Made by a program: the position numbers and the translations under genes | Shown: positions 32,229-43,235 of the stretch, one piece after another | How positions within the stretch are numbered: position 1 is the first letter of the stretch | Layout: each line of letters opens with the position of its first letter | The notes under the pieces: generated by a model | What the model saw: only the letters and a program-made list of their open reading frames with translations | Databases searched by the model: none | Told to the model about the DNA's origin: nothing | Assembly: GCA_963779615.1 (NCBI GenBank) | Contig: CAVZZA010000003.1 | Location: 384,001 to 448,000 of the forward strand | DNA length: 64,000 nucleotides | Direction of reading: 5' to 3' | Source of the DNA: an uncultured Nitrososphaeraceae archaeon | Lineage (GTDB): Archaea > Thermoproteota > Nitrososphaeria > Nitrososphaerales > Nitrososphaeraceae

Positions 32229-34488
32229 GGTTTTTTTGGATCACCATTAGTTACATCATTTGACAATCCCTGTCACTACTCTTTAGATAACACATAGATA
32301 CGTACAATAATGACAAATAGGGTATAGATTGTCTTTTATCCCACCTGTCTGTGCCTATTAGAAAAAGTTGTTGGTTGTTCCTGCTTCAACAATGAATACA
32401 GTTGACCTTTTGAAATGTCCTTGATAGGATCGAGTATAGCACCTTATTCTTGCGGCGGCAGTAGGCTAGGGACTGCTGTTTTGGATGGTGCCGCAAATGC
32501 AGCCGTTCCGTAGTTGATGCAGTTCCACGTTAAAACGGGATGGCCTCATAACTTGTTATCTTCAAACACCGATAAACATGACATCAATCTGTGCTGTATC
32601 CCTTCGGCACGAACACCAATCGACTGATGCATTCCTCGTCTCTTCTTTTACAGATACAGTTACCAGTGGCCGTTCTTTGCAGATGCGTAAGGCAATGTAT
32701 CCTATTGCTTATTCCTGCGTTTTGAATAGCTGCGTCATGCATCACTCGTCGAATATAAGCCTTCTAGCCCATCAAATCGTAGATGTCCTCGATCACATTG
32801 TCAATGTACACCGACATCCTTCACCTGGGGCCACTAGCATGAATGGGAAAAATCTCTTTAGAGTCACCCCGTAACCATTTCACACGCGTCTGGTAAGCGA
32901 TATGCTTCTGTAGCTCGGCATACCCATGAATGCTTGGAGCCGTAGCCTGCAACCTCCAGTTCACTATCGCAAGCGCGTCTGCATCCGACCGATGTATCAC
33001 CTTAACCTGTAAGCATTCCTCGTAAATTGGATTCATATTCACATTAAAGTCATCATAGCCAAAGTGAAACTCAAGGCTGTTGTAGAAATGGAGGATACAG
33101 AGGAGGCAGCGTTGTTTTATAGACACCTTGAAACATTTCAGCCAGGCTGCTATGAGTTCAAGGGATCTAGCGTATCAGCAGATAAGGCAAGTCGTCAGAG
33201 AAGACGATGGCGCCCCCATGCTATTAACAGAGGCAACTACAAAGGCCTGTGAAAGAGATCAAATTGTAAGGTTTTATCTGCTGGGAAAAGATAGCAGCAA
33301 CAGCCATGACAATTTAAAGTTGAGTAAAAGTTGGCATCTTCAGGAGACATTAGGCCGCCTCCGAAAGGATGGCTGCATACAACTCACCAGTGAAAAACCA
33401 ATAATGATTATAAGGAAGGTAGATGAGGATAAGGCCGAAGATAAAGAGCGAAGTGGCTTAGAAGAGCCCTGATCTAAGTGATGTATGTGATGAAGGTTGT
33501 GGTTCAGTAAAATCGGAATCTAGTTGTTTCCTGTCTACGCCATCCTTGTCTTCTACTGTTTATCTTTTACATCGATGGCCTCACATTCATCACACTCAAA
33601 GACACCAAATCATTAATGCAATGTCTATTCTTCAGACATCTGATAAATGTGATGTATAAGATGGAATAAAAAATTTTAGCTTCATGCTCTAGTCTTAAGA
33701 TAGAAAATAATGACAGATTGGTTATGATTAAAACAATGTTCGCAACTCGCTAGATTAGCCAGGTACCATCCATCCCCAACTGAACGGTTTGCCATATAGT
33801 TGGTCAGCACAGATCCAAACTCATGGAGGTGGCCTGAAGGCAGGGCTTGAGAAATCAACGTGGTGATGTGGCCCATGGCGAACGTAAACGCCTATAAATT
33901 TGCTAAAAATAAGCAAGTAGAGGTACCTGATCTGACACCTTTAAGAGTTGTCGGTTCCATCGAGCGAAACTATCGCAAGGAGATGGAAAGGTCACATACG
34001 TTTCTAGGCATACATTTCTATCATATTGGCGGCACTATTATCAAAGTAGACATACGCAAGGAAGCGACTCTTAATATCAAGGTTGAACAGGAACAGAGCA
34101 AAAGCAGATCAATGTATATTGGGCGGTTTCGCCGACAAGGATAGATTATCAAATACCATTTAACCCAACGTTCCCTGACAGAAAGACGCATAACCATGTA
34201 TGAACAGGCAGCATCAATTGGCCATTTCAATACCGCCATTAGTTTATTTGACGATAACGAAAAAAACTCCTCTCTGGTTCATACAATATACAATGATTAA
34301 TTTTTCATGCAAGTGATCTTTTCGATGAGGAGTCTAATAGTATACATTAATCGTTGATTGTAGTAGTATTCAGAATATTCTTTTATCTCTGACCAATCAT
34401 ATTTTATATAAATGACTATTCTTTATTTCAAAGCAAAGCAATTATAGGCAAAGAACTATTGAACAATGGCAAGAGGAATCATCATAAC

Positions 34489-37223
34489 CTAATTATTTTG
34501 CCGACTGTCTAGTTTCCTTTTTACTTTCTCTTCCAGTATAATAACATCATCTATTCCAATTTTTTTTTCAATATTGGATCGTATATGAAGCGACCTTTTA
34601 AATCCTAGAACATCAAGCCCTTTTGGTATTTCTTCATGAGCTTGAAGTATATAATAAAGAGCATCTTCATACTCGCCTTCTTCATAATATGTTTGAGCAA
34701 TATTGTTCAAAGTATTGCCAATCTCAGAGTTATGCTCTAACTTTTCTTTTATCTTCAAGCTTTGTTGATACAGCTTTAACGCTTGGTCATACTCTTCTTT
34801 GCCAAGGTATGCTGAACCCATATTGTTCAAAGTATTGCTAATTCCCATTTGGTCACCTAACTTTTCTTTTATCTTCAAGCTTTGATGGTACAGCTTTTAA
34901 CGCTTGGTCATACTCTTCTTTGCCAAGGTATGCTGAACCCATATTGTCCAAAGCTCTGCCAATACCTTCCTGGTCACCTAACTTTTTCGCTATATCTATA
35001 CTACGATTGTACAGCTTTAACGCTTGGTCATACTCTCCTTTGCTTGCGTATATCATACCTACATTGTTCAAAGTCAAGCCAATCCCATAGTTATTCCCTA
35101 ACCTTTTTGATATCTTCAATCTCTGATTGTACATCTTTAACGCTTGGTCATACTCTCTTTTGCCAAGGTATGCTGAACCCATATTGTTCAAAGTATTGCT
35201 AATTCCCATTTGGTCACCTAACTTTTCTTTTATCTTCAAGCTTTGATCGGTACAGCTTTAACGCTTGGTCATACTCTCCTTTGTTATAATGTATGATAGA
35301 TATATTGTCCAAAGCATTGCCAATCCCAGGATCATCCCCTAACCCTTTTGATAACTCTAAACTTTGTTGATACAGCTTTAACGCTTGGTCATGCTCTCCT
35401 TTGTTTTTATGTATAATACCTATATTGTTTAACATTGTTGAATACATTAACTGGTTATTGGAATCTTGGGAATATTCTAGTGCAGATTTAAAGATCGATA
35501 AAGCCTCATTGTATCTTCCCCATATGGAATAGACTTTGGTTGCCAAGTCATTCAAAAGCCACATTTCTTTTGCCTTTAAATTTTGAGTGTTATTTTCTGC
35601 AGATTTACTCTGACTTAGTTGTTGAATGTCTTTAACAGATCTTTTATAACACCTTTCTGCGAGATCAAGATCTCCTTTTCTCGCTGCGTAATCTCCAATA
35701 TCCCTATTGCGATTATATGACTCTTGAGGAGACTTTCTTGACATATGTAGATGATATGCAGCTGAAATTGCAATTTTATAATTATCCTGTATTTGTAAAT
35801 TGTCATTCTTATAAGTAGTAGTATTATTATATTCTTCTTCTTTTTCTGCTTCTCCTCTGTGATTCTTTTTTTCTAATGCAAGAAAGAACCTAGCTGCCTT
35901 ATCATGATAGTAATTTCTTATATCCATGCGAAGATTATCTTCAAAACATCTTTTGATTAACTCATGCCTAAACCACCAGCTATCGGTGTCATCATTGTTG
36001 TCCTCTTTCTTCAGTGGAGAAAACACTCTATTTTCAACAAGTCTTTCACCAAGTGATTGTATCTCAAAAGGATCATCTATTTCAAGATACGAAGCAAGTT
36101 TACCATAATCATCGTTTCTGAAGGGTTGTTGTAGTATGGACAGGCGATACAGGTTTTTTTCCATGTTGGGAGGCAACCCGGACTTTAGTTTGGTCAACTG
36201 TTCACACAATCTTTTTCTGCTTATGCTCTCATAGTCATTAAGGTCCGCAGATGTCCTTATCCACTCCTCCAAAAGCATGGGCAGCCCTGCGGTGTTTTCC
36301 CTTATCCTCTGCAAATCAGGTGTCATGGGAAGTGATACACCCCTGACAATCTTTATCCACTTGCCAATTTCTTCCTCGGGCAGGCCATGCAAATCCATAA
36401 TTTCGCCATGTAGTGCTCTTTTCACTTTATCTTGTAACTCTTTGAATTTAGCTTTAATTTCCGGTTCCTGTATTATTCTTTCATCTGTGCTAAAAGACAC
36501 TATAATATGAAATCGTTCTTCAAACATCATAAACTTGGCAAAATTTAAGAAAAAGTCAATTGAGGCCTTGCCGACATGCTCAAACTGATCAAACATCACC
36601 ACAAACCTTCGGTCCTTAAACTCGTCCAAAATGGCTTTGAAAATTTCCAAATATGATTCTCTTGCCTCGTCTTTGTGTTCTGTCACATAGCTTTGAGATA
36701 ATTGTATTCCCGACTTTTCTTCCCCAATTGCCTTGATAATTTCCTTTCCAACCTCAAATGTTTGCCCAAGGCCTACTTTCTTGGCAGCATCTTCCAATAT
36801 GGCAAGCCCTATCTTTTTTCCCTGCTCTTTGGCAGACTTAGAAAATCCTCTTTTAATCTTGGTCCAAGTGGTGTCCATCCTTTCACCACTGGTTTGTGTT
36901 TTCAGTACATCTCGCACCAAACTTCCTAAGGCAATGTTGAACGGATAAACCAATGATTCTGATTCAGCTATCAGAGATTCCTTTCTGCTGTAATAGCCTA
37001 CAAAGGTGTTTTTTTTTAGATCGTCTACGTCGTTTGTAAGCCTTCTGTAAATCTCATCTAGAAGAGCCGACTTACCTATACCTGACTCTCCTGTTATAAG
37101 CCAAGTACTGCTTTTGACATTCTGAATGCCATCAAGCATTTGGGAAACTTCCTTATCCCTTCCAATAAGTATATTCTTTGAATCTACTTCGCCAGCATAG
37201 GCAGCAACAGTATTATGGACCAC
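34489..37223 (-). pseudogene. P-loop NTPase plus TPR protein (paralog of 11634-14078), two +1 frameshifts in the TPR array
   Basis: ITGESGIGKS and FDQFE motifs; 120-bp near-identical TPR units; extra bases near 35248 and 34897. Confidence 0.88.
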
Positions 37224-37456
37224 TGATAGTCACTATGGTTATCATAGATATTGGCAAGAAAATAAAGTTAACTACAATTACAAAAACAATATTTTTAACA
37301 AGGCTTAACCGATCGACAGGCCTAAATTGCATAAACAACCAAATACTTGTAATTCTACAGCCATGTGATGTATATGATGTATATGGGACCTTTTTAGATG
37401 CACCAAAGCCCAAGAGAAGTAGCAACTCGTCGTTGCCTTATATACATTTTGTCACT

Positions 37457-37714
37457 ATGCCTATAGTAGCAAAATTGATAAAACAGTATTATATCCAACC
37501 TTACCTGGTTGGAAAGGACAAGCGTTCATTGGCCATGGTCTTGCCATCAGAAATGGTTAAGTCACTCGATATCGACCCCCTTACCATACTCTTTTTGCTA
37601 AAGGTTGAAGGGCACGATGAGTTGCAGTTAAGGATCATCAGACAGGAGCACCTGGAAAAGAAGGATACCGAAAATGCGATACCTGTCATCGAACAGGAGG
37701 TCGGCCACCAGTGA
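37457..37714 (+). CDS. Small AbrB-like / hypothetical protein
   Basis: SLAMVLPSEMVKSLDID pattern; stop overlaps the next start (GTGA). Confidence 0.6.
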   Translation: MPIVAKLIKQYYIQPYLVGKDKRSLAMVLPSEMVKSLDIDPLTILFLLKVEGHDELQLRIIRQEHLEKKDTENAIPVIEQEVGHQ

Positions 37715-38625
37715 AAAACTTTGAGGATGAGCCTCGGGACACCAACAACGCTCCTAACGAAGACTTTGTCGATCCAACTGAAACTGGGGAGACTGTTGAC
37801 AAGAAACTCGATGCAGAGGTCTCTGGGTTATTTGAGGATGCAAGGGGCGAACTTGAAAAGATAGATGCAAATGCAGAACGCCAGAAAAAGCAAATTGTCA
37901 TCGATTTGGCAAAAGACCTGGAAGACAAAATCCGAACTGACTCTATATGCATGGAGATAATTGATGCATTGCGGGGACGAGTATCTCCGGGGTTCATACG
38001 CGAATGCCTTGATGAGAAGTACAAGCAGAAGCATCGAATAGCAAACGCAAGAAAGCAGAAGCGACAACAGCAACAGGAACCCGACCCCATTGACAATTCA
38101 GCGAAGGCAACCACGCTAAACCAGGAGGCCGAAAAGAAAAAGACCATTATCCTTGGCGCTGATGGGCATGCAATGCTTCAGGAGGAAGAAGACAACCCGG
38201 TTGATGAAGGTGCGGACGAGGAACAGTCCACCATAACCATTGGGTCTTCAATCACAAAGGATGGAGTGCAAACGAATCACCGTCAAGAGCAGCAGGAAGA
38301 ACCAGAGCATTACAAATATTCTTATGATTACCTTAACATGAAGGGCCCTAGTGTGGAGGATGTAGAACTGGATGAAGAGGGTATGAAATCAACTCAATCC
38401 ATCGGTCAGGACGAGGCTGTTGACATAACCACTCATGACAACAAACTAGATCCGCCTTCAGGTGATTACATGAGCTTTGAGTTCCCATTGGTGTTCAGGG
38501 ACCTCCGAAATCATATGGCTACAATGTTTAAAAAAGAGGGTGACAGGGGAAAGGTTTGGTTTAGCGGAAAAATAAACAAAAGGACAGGAAAGGTTGTAGA
38601 TGCAGGTTTCGGAAAAATAAGTTAG
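37711..38625 (+). CDS. Hypothetical acidic protein
   Basis: 304-aa ORF translationally coupled to the previous gene. Confidence 0.75.
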   Translation: MKNFEDEPRDTNNAPNEDFVDPTETGETVDKKLDAEVSGLFEDARGELEKIDANAERQKKQIVIDLAKDLEDKIRTDSICMEIIDALRGRVSPGFIRECLDEKYKQKHRIANARKQKRQQQQEPDPIDNSAKATTLNQEAEKKKTIILGADGHAMLQEEEDNPVDEGADEEQSTITIGSSITKDGVQTNHRQEQQEEPEHYKYSYDYLNMKGPSVEDVELDEEGMKSTQSIGQDEAVDITTHDNKLDPPSGDYMSFEFPLVFRDLRNHMATMFKKEGDRGKVWFSGKINKRTGKVVDAGFGKIS

Positions 38626-38739
38626 TTGGAATAGGGTTTGTCTGGAACAAAGGATCAATGCGTACAATGCCTGTGAAATACTTCGCTGATCCTTTGTGGA
38701 AGGCTGTAAGCCGCCTCGTTTGATGTGCATTTTTCACCA

Positions 38740-39260
38740 TCAGGCCTTCAGCAACGCCATGTCGATCACAATGCGATACTTCACATCACTTTTCAGCATC
38801 CGCTAATTTGCTTTATTGATGTCCAGAATCTTGATCATCTCGATATCTGCTGTGATGCCATGCTCGCCGCAGAAATTGACAAGTTCCTGCGTTTCAGCAA
38901 TACCCCCGATGAGCGAGCCAGAGAGGCTGCGACGCTTGAACAGAAGGCCAAAGGCCGAGACGGCATAGGGCTTGTCAGGTGCGCCGATGAGGTAAGGTTG
39001 CCGTCGGGGCGGAGCAGTTGTAGGTATGCGTTAATGTCGTGCTCGGCTGAGACCGCATCGAGGATAAAGTCGAACCTGCCTGAATGCTTGCTGATCTCAT
39101 TGGCATTTCGCGAAATGATCGCGTCATCCGCGCCGAGGAGAGGCGGCAAAGACCACGACATGGACCCCAAGCGCATGGGCAAACTTTACCGCCATGTGGC
39201 CCAGGCCGCCAAGACCCACCACACCGACCTTTTTGGCTTTAGTGACACTACCCATGCCAC
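38740..39260 (-). pseudogene. Zn-dependent (cinnamyl-type) alcohol dehydrogenase, 3' fragment
   Basis: [30 protein letters not shown] and DVKYRIVIDM in broken frames; locally GC-rich. Confidence 0.85.
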
Positions 39261-39414
39261 ATGGGCGAGTATGTCAATAACCAATCAGTTAGGGTTAAAG
39301 GAAGGCGACAAGCTACTATAGAAGATTGAAATCGAGGACAATAACTGATAATAAAAAAAGCCTTTGGAATAGTATAATATAAGTGTTTATAGCTTTGATA
39401 AGGTTAATAACTAT

Positions 39415-39747
39415 GTGGAACTAATTTCCGAACCCATAAATCAACAGGAATGGCATAAGCAGGTTCTGACCCATTATAACAGACCAAATATAAAATATGT
39501 AAGAAGAACCGATACAATGTCAATAAAACAAATATTAGACTTATACAGGGAAGGATTAATTCCATGTGATACATGTGAGCAAAACATGCCGATTAAGCCC
39601 GCTATTGATTTAGCACAACATATTGCACATGCTATCAATCCCATGGTCTTGTGGAGTTGTGACAGGTGCATTCAGGAGGACTTTAGGAAGGTAAGAATTA
39701 TAGCGGGTTTTCCCAAACCTTTTGAAACATCCTTAAATACGAAATAA
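39415..39747 (+). CDS. Hypothetical zinc-binding protein
   Basis: CDTC and CDRC pairs. Confidence 0.5.
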   Translation: MELISEPINQQEWHKQVLTHYNRPNIKYVRRTDTMSIKQILDLYREGLIPCDTCEQNMPIKPAIDLAQHIAHAINPMVLWSCDRCIQEDFRKVRIIAGFPKPFETSLNTK

Positions 39748-39761
39748 TCTCCTGTTTTTTT

Positions 39762-40022
39762 ATGGAAGAACAGGAGCATGAAATAACATGTGTTCAACAT
39801 AATGATGGAATTATTACCCATGTTGATGTTAAAGGGGGTGGTAGACAATCAGTTAATGTAGTCGCACGTTTAATTTCTGAAGGGCACTACTTTTTTACGG
39901 ATAATAATGGAATTCAAACAGCGGTATATGCTAGCCTTTCTGAAAACGGAGAGCCGTTTCTAACAACGGACCCTGATAGATCAGATATGAATACTCTTGA
40001 TCGTTTACAAGAGTGTCGCTAA
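39762..40022 (+). CDS. DUF3892-like protein
   Basis: ITCV..ITHV..FFT..FLTTDPD..NTLDRLQEC pattern recalled for this family. Confidence 0.65.
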   Translation: MEEQEHEITCVQHNDGIITHVDVKGGGRQSVNVVARLISEGHYFFTDNNGIQTAVYASLSENGEPFLTTDPDRSDMNTLDRLQECR

Positions 40023-40145
40023 AATAATTAAATAGAACCATTCCATCCGACGACTTTTTACAGCTGTTTTAAGAGATGTCATCAGACGTAGACTTGGCAG
40101 CCATAAAAATCCTTAAATAAACGTTATAGCAAACTTTGGGTTAAC

Positions 40146-40439
40146 ATGACAGATAACAATGAAATAGACCATTTAACTGCAAGAACAATAAATGCAAAAT
40201 TGGTAATTATGGCGGCGACATTAATGATGACATTGACGGCAATTAATGCATATGGATATGTTTTTGCACAAGATTCATCGGACTCGGATGATTCGGATTC
40301 ATCGGACTCCAGTGATTCAAATTCTCAGGATGATCAACCACGGGGCTCTGGTGATGATTGCCATTATATTCATGGCAATAGTGGTGTGTTGTCCCCTTGT
40401 CACCCAACTGCTGGCAATCCACCAATCTCAGTAAATTAG
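40146..40439 (+). CDS. Small secreted protein with Ser/Asp tract
   Basis: Hydrophobic leader ending VFAQ, then DSSDSDD; T-run after the stop. Confidence 0.6.
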   Translation: MTDNNEIDHLTARTINAKLVIMAATLMMTLTAINAYGYVFAQDSSDSDDSDSSDSSDSNSQDDQPRGSGDDCHYIHGNSGVLSPCHPTAGNPPISVN

Positions 40440-40559
40440 AGAATATACCTTCCCTCTTTTTTTAAAATTTTTAGCATTAATGTAAGTAAACTCATTCTTT
40501 TAATTTGTTAAATATGTAAATGGAGTTTTTCTTACCGAGCGGTTTCCATCAAATACACA

Positions 40560-41114
40560 TCATGGTAAATATATTAACTTCTTTTGCAACTCCTCAACCT
40601 CTCTTTCCAGCTGGAACTTGACAGAGTTCAGCCTGCCAATGTCAGCCGCCGTTTCATATAGTTCGCAGTTTAGGCTATTGAGTTTGCCTGCCATCTGGAC
40701 AATGTTGAAAATGTCCTGCTTGTTACAAAGACCTTCATTCTTTAGATCATGATAGAGATGCTCCAGAAGATAGATGTCATTTCCAATCTCATTATAGATG
40801 ACAATCAATTTTTGCAGGTTCAGCAGTCGTAGATAGTCAGAATACATGCCTAACACCTCGTCTGTATCGATATTCAGCGCAATTGCGACATCGACTAGGT
40901 TCGTGCATTTTTTAAACAGTTTGAAGGATCGTGAGTTTATGGATAGGGCGTTATCTTGATACCCTATACCTTCGTCTTCCCCGGTATACCTTCTGATTAT
41001 TGTACCGATATCCTTTAGCGAGACATGAGCAGCTTCAGCTATAAACCTAGTGGACTTGCCTTCTTCAGCGAGCTTGATCACAAGGTCCTCCTTTTGCTGT
41101 CGCTTTAGAATCAC
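40560..41114 (-). CDS. HTH/coiled-coil protein
   Basis: GKSTRFIAEAAHVSLKDI HTH-like segment; paralogs near 26414 and 47430. Confidence 0.75.
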   Translation of the reverse strand: MILKRQQKEDLVIKLAEEGKSTRFIAEAAHVSLKDIGTIIRRYTGEDEGIGYQDNALSINSRSFKLFKKCTNLVDVAIALNIDTDEVLGMYSDYLRLLNLQKLIVIYNEIGNDIYLLEHLYHDLKNEGLCNKQDIFNIVQMAGKLNSLNCELYETAADIGRLNSVKFQLEREVEELQKKLIYLP

Positions 41115-41581
41115 TTTAAGACATCTGTATATAGGGGAAAGAACTTAAAAAGCCCTGATTCCCCTGATTCCCCTGATTCTTTTGGTTAAAAAAGGACATG
41201 AGGAGACAGCGTTTTAAAACCGTCTCACCACAAATCTAGTTAATAACGATAAGAAATTATTTCCTAAAACTTTTGCCATACTAGAAGAGATGTAGAATCG
41301 ATAAAAAAACACAGCATAATAGACGGTGGTTCGTGTCCGACAGGATACTTTGCGCTAATTAGAACAATTAGTTTATAGACCTCATCCATAAATATTTTTG
41401 AAATTATAGCAGGTGTTTTGGTTGTGACCTCCACACATGCTATGATAATAATGTGTTTAAAGACATAGAAGTAGCAAAAATCAAGGAGCCGACTATTGCT
41501 ACTACCACAACATTACTAGTTTTCCAGCAAAACAAAGCTATAAACTTTTAGAAAAAAAGTTCCATGCCATTTTTGCCGCAT

Positions 41582-41597
41582 ATCCCACCCGGTCCAT
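41582..41597 (+). repeat. attR
   Basis: Exact copy of 2332-2347. Confidence 0.9.
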
Positions 41598-41810
41598 ACC
41601 TATAACGGTTCTTTTAAGTGGGTTCTACGACTAGCAGGTGTTAAAAAAGGCGGTAAGACAAAACAACAAGCACTAGGCCTTTGGTCGCTGTATTTATTCC
41701 GCTAAAGTCGACGATAACCATGGAAAAGCTTGAAAAGGCCGTTATGACGACTCCGGTATTTAGAGAAAATGAAAAAAATGGGTTTTCTGTTTTTCTTCCC
41801 TATGTGTTCG

Positions 41811-42525
41811 TCATCCCTGTCCGGGGAATGCCATGATTATGGTGTTTGTAATACTACATGTTTGAGCTTCGCCTGCTGATATGGTACCATTGAATAAAAC
41901 TCCATCAGTTAGTCCCTCAGGGTTAGAAGTAAAGTCTACAAAGCCACAACCCCCGCTAAAATCTACTCCAATGCCAGTAACAAACTGAGGTATAGATTCT
42001 CTAAAGGTATAAGTTCCCGGAGCCACTGTGACGGCGGTGCATCCCTCATTGTCCCCCTGGAAGGTGCTGGGGTTTGCAGGGGTAATGAAATTAAACGTAA
42101 AGTCGGAAGGCAGAAAAGTTAGTCCTGGTACCTGATTAACTACCGTTTTGCAAATGTTCAACGTTCCTGTAGTTGGTGTTGGCGGCTGGTTCGGTGTTGG
42201 TGTTGGGGGTCAGAGCCTGCTGCTGGATGTTCTTGCTTTGGTCGTTGAATCCCTTTGCCTCGTTGTCCTTGCCCACTATTTGCTGTCCCTGGTTTACTTG
42301 CTCACAGTCGTCGCTCCTGTAGCAGAAGTTGTCCTGGTCCTGGTGTTGGCTTGCGGTCTTTTTGTCTGATTCTGAGCTTGCTGTTATTGAGGATTTAAAG
42401 TCCTTGGTTTTTTTGTGGTCGTCATTGTCCCTGTCTGCATATGACTGCATTGGGATAACGCTTGTTCCCATAACCAGTGTTGTTGCGATTATGGCCATAA
42501 ATAACAAATTTCTTGTGTTTTTCAT
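41811..42525 (-). pseudogene. Secreted protein with Pro/Thr linker and Cys-containing beta domain, frameshifted in the linker
   Basis: Two overlapping ORFs that together match the paralog at 53245-54014. Confidence 0.75.
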
Positions 42526-42849
42526 AATTGGAACTCATAACCACATTATAGTATATCTAAAATAGGACTTGGAATTTCCTATGTTAATTTTAAGTTTATT
42601 AAACTGAAAAAATAAGCATAACATCAACACCAAATATGGGAAGAGGAATGTTTAGCATGGTTTAGTATAATAATTTAAGCAAAACCCTCAACAGTGACAA
42701 AATATTGACAAAAATAGTTTTTTTTTCAAAAGAAGCAACAATGCTGCTATAGAAGATACATCTGAATGAAATTGACTAACTGAATCCCATACATGAGTAG
42801 GAAAACATTTTTTCTTTTTCTCCACGAAAGGTGCAGGAAATCGCCCCAT

Positions 42850-43230
42850 TATAACTCCTTATTTCAGCATCCAAGGCATTACTACATGTGTTGTTTTTTA
42901 TGTGGTTTTGATGGAGGACAACATATTCTTTAATATGTACACAAAGCAATTATTTGCTGAATATTATCGTGATTATGGATGTTCCAATAAAGGTTGCGGT
43001 CCATTATATCCACAGATTTCACACCATTCCCCCTGACAACAAGGCAGAGGCCAAGGACTTGACAGGGTTCATTGACGCTCCAGATATAAATGCCAAAAAG
43101 AATATGTCCAACCCAACCATAGCACCAATAACTTTACCGCCAAAACCTCTCAGGCCCTTTGGATATACAACCACCTCAATGTCAGCAAACTTTAAACGCG
43201 TCGCATCAATTGATTGATAACATTCTGATA
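42850..43230 (-). pseudogene. Aquaporin/MIP 3' fragment
   Basis: FISGASMNPVKSLASAL (second NPA box region); boundaries approximate. Confidence 0.7.
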
Positions 43231-43235
43231 ACAAA

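Larger units (their letters stand above)
2332..41597. mobile_element. ~39-kb integrated element in tRNA-Ala (integrase plus SF3-helicase-like Rep; no capsid or conjugation genes recognised)
   Basis: Integrase abuts the tRNA, the tRNA 3' end is directly repeated at 41582-41597, and a replication module and accessory cargo lie between. Confidence 0.85.

Noticed and set aside
32340..34240. Short ORFs in this interval as real genes
   Set aside because: Overlapping, broken frames with no recognisable motif; probably remnants.
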